In this document: positions 17,657 to 24,405 of the stretch, one piece after another
How positions within the stretch are numbered: the first letter of the stretch is position 1
Layout: the number at the start of each line of letters is the position of its first letter
Origin: Halogeometricum borinquense DSM 11551
Lineage (GTDB): Archaea > Halobacteriota > Halobacteria > Halobacteriales > Haloferacaceae
Reading direction: 5' to 3'
Assembly (NCBI RefSeq): GCF_000172995.2
Contig: NC_014732.1
Location: 60,001-92,000, forward strand
DNA length: 32,000 nucleotides
The notes under the pieces: model-generated
Seen by the model: the letters and a program-made list of their open reading frames with translations, nothing else
Told to the model about the DNA's origin: nothing
Databases searched by the model: none
Made by a program: the position numbers and the translations under genes

Positions 17657-17813
17657 AAGCCGAACTAGATACCATCAGACGGATTGGAAAACCGGAAATT
17701 CGAAAACGGGTGAAACACAGTTCGTATTCGAGAACTCCAACACCACTATGTCCGGAGTATCTCCAGTTAATAACGCCTCGACGTTTCGAAATCAAAGGAG
17801 TCGAGTTACAAAG

Positions 17814-19067
17814 TCAGGTTCCGTGGAATTCGTCGAGCGTCGTCGGTTTGTCGCCGTCGTCGAGGTACGGATCGATGCTGTCGTGGACGCCGACGAGTTC
17901 GACGGTGTCCGACATCGCCGAGAGAATGAGTTCGACATCCATGTCGAGTGCGTATTCACGGTACGTTCCACCACGGCGGCCTTCGTTCCGTTCGGTGACT
18001 GAGACGATGCCCAGCATAGCGAGTTCGCTCAGATGGTCGCGCATCCGTCGCGGAACAAGTGGGTCGCGGTTTGCGAGTTCGGCAAAACGGGTGTAGCGGG
18101 GTCGAACATCGCGCGAACGGATGGGTGTCTCGTCTTCAAGGTCCAAGGTGAGGAGAGCGTAGAGGACAAGGTGACCATGCTCGGTCAGTCCGTTGATACC
18201 CTCTTTGATTCGGCCGCGTTCGAGAGCACGACGTCCACGCCGGACGTGATCTTCTTCGATGGTCTCGGTATCTTCGTCGCGTGCAAGATCACCTGCCTTC
18301 ATGAGAAGGTCGATTGACTGGCGCGCATCACCCGCGTCTTTCGCGCCGTAGGCGGCACACAGCGGGATAACTTCCTCCGAGAGGACGCCGTCGTGGAAGG
18401 CGACTTCCGCCCGCTGTTCGAGGATGGCACGGAGATTTTCGGCGTTGTAGGCGGGGAAATGAATCTCCTGTTCGCACAGTGAACTCTTGACTTTCGGGGA
18501 GAGGTCGTCGCGGAAAGAGAAGTCGTTCGAGATACCGATAAGACCGATTTTTGCGACTTCGAGATTGCCGTTGGCGCGGGCACGGGGGAGTTGATACAAG
18601 ATGCTGTCATCGTTGACGTGATCGATCTCGTCAAGAACGACGAGAACGGTTCCCGCTCGGTCGTCGAGTTCCTCCCAGAGCATCTCGTAGACCGAGGCGA
18701 GAGGGTAGCCCGTCGTAGATATCTGATTCGATTCCGACCGAAGGCTGTTAACAAGACGAGTAGCAATCTGGTACGAACTCGTGAGTCCGTCGCAGTTGAG
18801 GAACGTCACCGAGAGGTCGATGTCGTCGTACTGGGCAGCGTCCTCACGGAGGTGCGAAAGGAGGTACTTCGTCGCTGCGGTTTTTCCGACTCCGGTTTTC
18901 CCGTACAGGAAAACGTTGTTTGGTTGCTCGCCGTTGATCACGGGCTGGAGTGCCGCCTGATACGTTCGGAGTTCTTCGTCTCTCCCAACGAGTTGTTCGG
19001 GCTGGTAATCCTCACGAAGGGCATCCCGGTCCCGATAGATGTCGTTGTCCCGCTCGAACAGCGCCAT
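17814..19067 (-). CDS. orc1/cdc6: Orc1/Cdc6 replication initiator
   Basis: The likely start is the ATG at 19067 (MALFERDNDIYRDRDALREDYQPEQLVGRDEE...); the track starts at a GTG at 19079. It has Walker A LYGKTGVGKTA, Walker B LVVLDEIDH and a C-terminal winged helix (LGIVSVTERNEGRRGGTYREYAL). Confidence 0.95.
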   Translation of the reverse strand: MALFERDNDIYRDRDALREDYQPEQLVGRDEELRTYQAALQPVINGEQPNNVFLYGKTGVGKTAATKYLLSHLREDAAQYDDIDLSVTFLNCDGLTSSYQIATRLVNSLRSESNQISTTGYPLASVYEMLWEELDDRAGTVLVVLDEIDHVNDDSILYQLPRARANGNLEVAKIGLIGISNDFSFRDDLSPKVKSSLCEQEIHFPAYNAENLRAILEQRAEVAFHDGVLSEEVIPLCAAYGAKDAGDARQSIDLLMKAGDLARDEDTETIEEDHVRRGRRALERGRIKEGINGLTEHGHLVLYALLTLDLEDETPIRSRDVRPRYTRFAELANRDPLVPRRMRDHLSELAMLGIVSVTERNEGRRGGTYREYALDMDVELILSAMSDTVELVGVHDSIDPYLDDGDKPTTLDEFHGT

Positions 19068-19091
19068 GAACACGTCCACTCATCGGTGGCT

Positions 19092-19099
19092 TATAAAAC
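19092..19099 (-). promoter_or_regulatory. candidate TATA box of orc1/cdc6 (leaderless spacing)
   Basis: The minus strand reads TTTTATAA, centred ~28 nt upstream of the ATG at 19067 and directly abutting an ORB-like element. Confidence 0.45.
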
Positions 19100-19125
19100 C
19101 ACCGCGTCCGGAGTGTCCGCTGTTC
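19099..19125 (-). repeat. composite ORB-like element overlapping the orc promoter
   Basis: The minus strand reads GAACAGCGGACACTCCGGACGCGGTGG, followed by TTTTATAA. Confidence 0.65.
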
Positions 19126-19147
19126 TCGAAGTATATAAAGAATGGCG

Positions 19148-19179
19148 AACACACACCCCCTCCACTTTGTCCGGAGTTC
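19148..19179 (-). repeat. ORB-like element, long class with G-string
   Basis: The minus strand reads GAACTCCGGACAAAGTGGAGGGGGTGTGTGTT. Confidence 0.75.
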
Positions 19180-19224
19180 TAGTGAAAAGAGGAGGTGGGG
19201 GTCGTGACGAGCAGCAGTAACCCT

Positions 19225-19345
19225 TAGTAAACCGACGGTTTTATTGTGTAGCCAACCAAGTTACTCCGTAGTCCTCTTTGAAAGAGATAATGAGTGAGGG
19301 AACGAACGAATATTCTCTTTCTAGTGTGTATAAACCGCTAAACCG
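19225..19345. other. AT-richer spacer between inverted long ORBs (candidate DUE 1)
   Basis: It lies between the 19148(-) and 19417(+) long ORBs and contains the 13-bp palindrome CTCTTTGAAAGAG at 19274-19286. Confidence 0.4.
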
Positions 19346-19416
19346 GCAACTCTGGTGCGCGTAATCATCCGACATCTCATTCGGTCACCTATCCCCCTCA
19401 CCCCTCCACAAGACGA

Positions 19417-19446
19417 GAACAGCGGACAAAGTGGAGGGGGTGTGTT
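19417..19446 (+). repeat. ORB-like element, long class with G-string
   Basis: GAACAGCGGACAAAGTGGAGGGGGTGTGTT; identical over 30 nt to the copy at 20020. Confidence 0.8.
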
Positions 19447-19631
19447 GCGACAGTTGGAACGACACGGAGCTACGTTGAAACCGACTTAGAACCGTGCTGG
19501 ACCCGGCTACGAACGTGTTTGGGACACAGAGTGCAGTAAAATCGCCTTAGCGAGGAGCGTGACAAGCTATCGACTGGATCGTTCGTCCCATTACACTGTT
19601 TTGATGACGATGCCGATTCACCGAATCCCAA

Positions 19632-19657
19632 GAACAGCGGACATGGTGGTGTGTTCG
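19632..19657 (+). repeat. ORB-like element, short class
   Basis: GAACAGCGGACATGGTGGTGTGTTCG. Confidence 0.7.
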
Positions 19658-19740
19658 AGAGACGATTGACGTTCGAGCTACGACTCAAATTCGAACTCGA
19701 GATTGATCTGTATTCGAATCGCATCTGAAACTTGTCGATA

Positions 19741-19764
19741 ACTCCGGACAAAGTGGGGTTCGAG
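19741..19764 (+). repeat. ORB-like element, minimal class
   Basis: ACTCCGGACAAAGTGGGGTTCGAG. Confidence 0.55.
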
Positions 19765-19828
19765 ACGACTTTTATTCTCTGACAAATAGCATTATTTTGC
19801 GAATTTAAACACGTTCTATAGGGTTATT
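19765..19828. other. most AT-rich stretch of the origin region (candidate DUE 2)
   Basis: ACGACTTTTATTCTCTGACAAATAGCATTATTTTGCGAATTTAAACACGTTCTATAGGGTTATT, flanked by two minimal ORB-like copies. Confidence 0.45.
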
Positions 19829-19850
19829 ACTCCGGACGCGATGGTTTCGC
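19829..19850 (+). repeat. ORB-like element, minimal class
   Basis: ACTCCGGACGCGATGGTTTCGC. Confidence 0.5.
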
Positions 19851-20019
19851 TTTGAGAAACGAAGTGACTGCTACTTGGGTGTCGAAATAAGCTCTGCCAA
19901 CTCAAATAAACTGTGCTAACTCAGTATGATGGCTCGAGATGCAATCTCTGGTTCGACCAAACCGACGCTATACTGACCGAACTGACGTCACAGTTCGTCC
20001 GGGTACTCTCTCAGTTGTA

Positions 20020-20051
20020 GAACAGCGGACAAAGTGGAGGGGGTGTGTTCG
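20020..20051 (+). repeat. ORB-like element, long class with G-string
   Basis: GAACAGCGGACAAAGTGGAGGGGGTGTGTTCG. Confidence 0.8.
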
Positions 20052-20206
20052 ACAGTACGTTCGAGAATAGCGGTATCAATGGGGTAACACAGCTGAGTTT
20101 TCGTCACGATCTCCAAAATGCCGCGGTCATTCTCCTGCGCACGCGAGCGAAGAAGATAATATACTGACCTAGTCTATCACCGACACAGTCTATCATTGAC
20201 TCTCAA

Positions 20207-20230
20207 CGAACACCACTCCGTCCGCTGTTC
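20207..20230 (-). repeat. ORB-like element, short class
   Basis: The minus strand reads GAACAGCGGACGGAGTGGTGTTCG. Confidence 0.65.
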
Positions 20231-20309
20231 TTTGTGAGCTCTCGACCGTTGTTACCGTTCGAGAGACGGAAGTGCTTAGAGTTAAGTTTCGCGCCCGAGT
20301 GATTTAGAT

Positions 20310-20732
20310 ATGGTCAAACTCGACGACGTGGATCCTGATGAACTTCGTCGTACTCTCGCAGAGGTCGATTCCGCGAAGGAGGCGAAGCGACTCGTCGTCG
20401 CTTTAGACTATCTCGACGACGTACCGGTTTCTGTTCTCGCAGATCGGTACGGAATCCCGCGTTCAACGCTGTACTACTGGCTTGACCGATTCGAGACTGA
20501 ATCCATTGAGGAGGCGATAACCGATGAGGATCGTCCGGGCCGTCCTCGGAAACTCGACGAGGAGGACCGAAACCGACTCCGCAGTCACCTCGATACGACG
20601 CCCAGAGAGTACAACTACGATGCAGACGAGTGGACTCCGGAACTCGTTAGAGAGCATGTTGAGCATACGTTCGGCGTGACGTACTCTGTCGGTCATATTC
20701 GTCGTCTCCTCCGTGACCTGCAGTCTTCGTGA
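20310..20732 (+). CDS. stand-alone HTH / winged-helix protein resembling the N-terminal DNA-binding part of IS630-family transposases (no DDE domain)
   Basis: 140 aa. It has LADRYGIPRSTLYYWLDRFE (HTH), RPGRPRKL, and EWTPELVREHVEHTFGVTYSVGHIRRLLRDL (second winged helix). No DDE-domain ORF follows. Confidence 0.75.
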   Translation: MVKLDDVDPDELRRTLAEVDSAKEAKRLVVALDYLDDVPVSVLADRYGIPRSTLYYWLDRFETESIEEAITDEDRPGRPRKLDEEDRNRLRSHLDTTPREYNYDADEWTPELVREHVEHTFGVTYSVGHIRRLLRDLQSS

Positions 20733-20840
20733 AACTAGCGCGCTTTTCATTTCCAACTCGTTCTATCGATTCAGGAATTTGTCTCCGGCACCTTGAGGCG
20801 GAACGTATTTACTAACACGTACTCACGTATCTAACGTTCA

Positions 20841-21506
20841 ATGAGTAGTGACGAGAGCGAAACGCCGAGACGAGGTCGTCGAAGCAAGGTCCAACGACTC
20901 ATCGACGAGTACGACCTCGACGGCGAGGGTGAACGCTTAGAAGACCTGTGGACGGCGAATCGGGAGGAGCGTCTGAGTCTCCGTGAACTCGCTGACGACT
21001 TTAACCGGCGACTCCTTCGCGCAGTCATGGTCGAGGTGGGGATGAATCCGCTTGACGGCGAGGTAGCCAATACGTATCGACTCCTGACAGACGATGATGT
21101 CTCGAGCGGGATGCAGACGCAGGCCAGACAGACGCTTGAGCGCGAGGGGGTCGATGTGGATGATCTCCAGAAGAACTTCGTTTCACACCAGGCAATACAC
21201 ACGTATCTAACGAAGTACCGCGGTGTTACACAGGATAAACAAACCGACGAGGATCGTATCCAGAAAGGTCTCGACACCATCCAACGCCTCCGGAGCCGGA
21301 CGGCAGCTGTCTCCGAGAACATTGTCGAAAACCTCGTGAGTACGGGTCGCATACATGTCGGCGATTTCGAAGTCCTCGTGGATGTTCGTGTCTTCTGCCG
21401 CGACTGCGGGACGCAGTACGACGTGCAGGATCTCTTGGAGGAGGGTCAGTGCGAGTGCGGCGGCGACATCGTCTCCACCGGGAGCGAGGCAGATGTGTCG
21501 GAGTGA
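20841..21506 (+). CDS. rdfA: RdfA / hp24-like protein (rod-determining-factor family) with C-terminal zinc ribbon
   Basis: 221 aa (~24 kDa). The blocks SLRELADDFNRRLL, LDGEVANTYRLLTDDDVSSG and LEREGVDVDDL match my memory of haloarchaeal RdfA proteins. It has a C-terminal CRDC...CEC zinc ribbon (21396-21458) and lies immediately upstream of an Sph-type SMC-like gene, as in the known pairs. Confidence 0.6.
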   Translation: MSSDESETPRRGRRSKVQRLIDEYDLDGEGERLEDLWTANREERLSLRELADDFNRRLLRAVMVEVGMNPLDGEVANTYRLLTDDDVSSGMQTQARQTLEREGVDVDDLQKNFVSHQAIHTYLTKYRGVTQDKQTDEDRIQKGLDTIQRLRSRTAAVSENIVENLVSTGRIHVGDFEVLVDVRVFCRDCGTQYDVQDLLEEGQCECGGDIVSTGSEADVSE

Positions 21507-21566
21507 CGACCTGTTCTGACGGACTACCGTTGTCGGTTCTCTCGGCTCGAGGGATTCTGTGTAACA

Positions 21567-21592
21567 ACGTTACAGCGTTATTACTGTAACGT
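21567..21592. promoter_or_regulatory. perfect 9-bp inverted repeat (8-nt spacer) between the rdfA-like and sph-like genes
   Basis: ACGTTACAG-cgttatta-CTGTAACGT. Confidence 0.5.
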
Positions 21593-21643
21593 CTCCACAG
21601 CGTGTGATGAAGTATTATATGCCTTCAACGTCTTCACTCCGAT

Positions 21644-23587
21644 ATGAGTCGTGCACAGTCTACGACAGGGACCGTTACACTCCACGTCGAGAATATTGGC
21701 GGAATCAGAGAGACAACGGTCGAACTCGGCCCCGGAGTCACGGCGCTTGCGGGTCGAAATGCCACGAACCGAACATCGCTTTTGCAGTCGATTATGGCGG
21801 CGCTCGGAAGCGACCGGGCTTCGCTGAAGGGGGATGCTGATGAGGGGTCAGTAACGCTCACCGTCGGTGATCAGACGTACACCCGAACGCTGAAACGACG
21901 CGGGAGTACTGTCGTCACGGAGGGGGACCCGTACCTCGAAGACGCAACGCTTGCTGACCTCTTTGCTTTCCTCCTTGAGTCGAATGAGGCTCGACAGGCC
22001 GTCGCCCGCGGCGACGACCTGCGTGAACTCATCATGCGGCCCATCGACACCGAGGCGATACAGGAGGAAATTCGTGAACTCGAACAGGAAAAACGAGAGA
22101 TCGACAACGAGATCTCCAGTCTCGATTCTCTCGACGGCCGACTCCCCGAACTCGAACAAAAGCGCACGTCGCTGAAAGAGAAGATCGAGGAGAAACGCGC
22201 CGAACTGGAGGAGAAAGAACAGGAGATCGAGGAAGCCGATGCCAACGTCGAGCAGACGCGGGACGACCGCGACGAACTGGAGAATCGTCTCGACGACCTG
22301 AAACAGGCACGGTCGGACCTCGAAGACGTTCGATACGACATCGACGCCGAGGCCGAGAGCATCGATGCGCTTGAAACCGAACGGGATGAACTCACGACTG
22401 AACGTGAAGATATCCCCGAGGAGATCGACGGTGCTGACGAAATCGAGGCGCAGATTTCCGACCTCCGCGATCAGATGCAACGACTCGATTCCAGCGTCAA
22501 CGAACTCCAGACGGTCATCCAGTTCAACGAGGACATGCTGGAGGGAACGAGTGCGGACGTTGCTGCGGCCCTCCGCGACGGGACCGACAGTGGCTCGGTC
22601 ACTGACGCATTGGTCGAGTCGGATACGGTCGTCTGTTGGACCTGTGGTACCGAAGTCGAGACGAGTCAGATCGAAGAAACCGTAGACCGTCTCCGGTCGC
22701 TCCGCCGCGAAAAACTCGACCAGCGGAACGACCTTCGTGACCAGATTGATGACCTCGAATCCGAGCGCGACGAACTCGAACAACTGCACCGCCGTCGCGG
22801 ACGACTCGACGACCGCCTCCAGAGCATTGACGAGGAACTTGACCGACGCCGAGAGCGCCGCGAGTCGTTGAAACAAAAGCGCGAGGATCTCACCAATCGA
22901 GTTGAGACGCTCGAATCCGAGGTTGAGGAGTTGGAGTCCCGCGATTACGGCGACATCCTCGAACGCCACCGCGAGGCGAACGAACTGGAGTTCGAGATCG
23001 GTCGGCTCGAAAACGAACTCGAATCGGTCAACTCCGAGATGGAGTCCGTCGAGTCCCGTCTGGATGACCGCGACGATCTGGAAGCCCGACGCGAGGAGAT
23101 CGCCGACGAACTCGCGGACCTCCGGACGCGTATCGAGCGTATCGAGTCTGAGGCTATCGAGGAATTCAACACTCACATGGAAACCGTCCTCGACATCCTC
23201 GACTACGATAACCTCGACCGCATCTGGATCGAACGGACCGAACAGACCGTCCGTGAGGGTCGGCGGAAAGTCCAAAAATCGGTGTTCGACATGCATATCA
23301 TTCGCAGTACCGACGATGGGGCCACGTACGAGGACACCATCGACCACCTCTCGGAGAGTGAACGTGAGGTAACCGGTCTCGTCTTCGCCCTCGCTGGATA
23401 TCTCGTCCACGACGTTCACGAGACGGTACCGTTCATCCTTCTCGACTCCCTGGAGGCTATCGACTCGGGCCGTATCGCTCAGTTGGTAGACTACATCAGC
23501 GAGTACGCTGAGTACACCGTCGCGGCCCTCCTCCCCGAGGACGCGTCGGCACTCGACGACCAGTACGAACGCGTCCGCGAGATCTGA
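21644..23587 (+). CDS. sph: archaea-specific SMC-related protein (Sph family)
   Basis: 647 aa. It has an N-terminal head (VENIGGIRETTVELGPGVTALAGRNATNRTS), two long acidic coiled-coil arms, a CWTC at residues 331-334, and a C-terminal head with the signature-like LSESEREVTGLVFALAG and Walker B-like PFILLDSLEAID. Confidence 0.88.
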   Translation: MSRAQSTTGTVTLHVENIGGIRETTVELGPGVTALAGRNATNRTSLLQSIMAALGSDRASLKGDADEGSVTLTVGDQTYTRTLKRRGSTVVTEGDPYLEDATLADLFAFLLESNEARQAVARGDDLRELIMRPIDTEAIQEEIRELEQEKREIDNEISSLDSLDGRLPELEQKRTSLKEKIEEKRAELEEKEQEIEEADANVEQTRDDRDELENRLDDLKQARSDLEDVRYDIDAEAESIDALETERDELTTEREDIPEEIDGADEIEAQISDLRDQMQRLDSSVNELQTVIQFNEDMLEGTSADVAAALRDGTDSGSVTDALVESDTVVCWTCGTEVETSQIEETVDRLRSLRREKLDQRNDLRDQIDDLESERDELEQLHRRRGRLDDRLQSIDEELDRRRERRESLKQKREDLTNRVETLESEVEELESRDYGDILERHREANELEFEIGRLENELESVNSEMESVESRLDDRDDLEARREEIADELADLRTRIERIESEAIEEFNTHMETVLDILDYDNLDRIWIERTEQTVREGRRKVQKSVFDMHIIRSTDDGATYEDTIDHLSESEREVTGLVFALAGYLVHDVHETVPFILLDSLEAIDSGRIAQLVDYISEYAEYTVAALLPEDASALDDQYERVREI

Positions 23588-23909
23588 GACCGGCGCGTCA
23601 ACCGTTCTTGCTGAACTCGTTTCGAGCGCTGTACGTCGTCTATAAGTTCTATCTGCGATCTATAACGGTCGATCTCGGTAACAGTAAACAATATCTGGGT
23701 ATTAAACTTCTCAGCGCGTTCTCGTCCTCTCGCGACGCTTATCAGTAGTTGAAAATACGGATAGTTTATTCAGCAGGGTTTGTGGAATAGCTGTCCGATA
23801 CAGACAAACTACTGGACGCTCACTACGGTACTCACCAAACGACGCACGAAAGTCCATCTTTGGACTTGTGAGTATGGAACGGTGATCGCCAGATATGGGA
23901 GATAGTATG

Positions 23910-24116
23910 TCAAGCCCTGTGATTTTGGATTAGATACCGGGCACCGGCAACTGCAAGTCCCAGCATAGCGCCGGTGAGAAGGCTAAATTCAAGGGAGTTT
24001 CCATTTAGTAAGAGAACAGCTGTAAGAGTGAGTAGAGCGACACCCCCAACGAAAACGCACTCTCCAGCGAGTCCAATTCGGCTCCGAAGGAATTGATCAG
24101 TGCTGGTTTCGCTCAT
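23910..24116 (-). CDS. possible small two-TM membrane protein
   Basis: 68 aa from the ATG at 24116 (MSETSTDQF...), with two hydrophobic segments. No family was recognised. Confidence 0.3.
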   Translation of the reverse strand: MSETSTDQFLRSRIGLAGECVFVGGVALLTLTAVLLLNGNSLEFSLLTGAMLGLAVAGARYLIQNHRA

Positions 24117-24405
24117 ACCCCCACTATCCGTGGAATGATGAAGAATTTTGGGACTACGCACCCCCACGTACCGATAGCGGCGGTTGGTTCTGAAGGACGG
24201 ATTGAATAAATGTACCGTATTTTCAACGACTGTTATTAAAATTTCTTAAAATTCTACAATTTCCAAAAAGTGAGCATATTCATTTAGACGTTCGTGTACC
24301 TGACGGCAGCTAACGACCGATTCGACGTGGGTCGCTTGTGTATTCGGTCTCGATAGCGGCTCAAAATGGAACGGAAGGGTACTCGGCAGTTCCGAGCGTT
24401 TCTCC

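Larger units (their letters stand above)
19080..20309. other. replication origin region (ORB cluster plus AT-rich stretches) upstream of orc1/cdc6
   Basis: This 1.23-kb non-coding gap carries eight ORB-like repeats in both orientations and AT-rich segments, next to an Orc1/Cdc6 gene. Confidence 0.8.

Noticed and set aside
19470-19751. 93-aa ORF inside the origin region
   Set aside because: It runs across ORB repeats and AT-rich origin DNA. It is Ser/Arg-rich and has no supporting start context.
20310-20732. Calling this locus an intact IS630-family insertion sequence
   Set aside because: Only the DNA-binding N-terminal module is present. I could find no DDE catalytic ORF in any frame and no terminal inverted repeats.
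21848-23419. 523-aa ORF antisense to the sph-like gene, plus the smaller overlapping ORFs at 21871-22395, 22666-22896 and 22902-23372
   Set aside because: These are mirror-frame artefacts of a long, repetitive, GAx-codon-rich coiled-coil gene. Their products are Val/Phe/Leu/Arg- or Ser/Arg-rich with no motifs, whereas the sense frame has clear SMC-like head motifs.
23829-23874. Nested inverted repeats (TACTCAC...AAGTCCA-tctt-TGGACTT-GTGAGTA) downstream of the sph-like gene
   Set aside because: The stems are short (7 bp each) with a large asymmetric internal loop. It is most simply a fortuitous or terminator-type hairpin between convergent genes, and the evidence is not enough for an ncRNA call.
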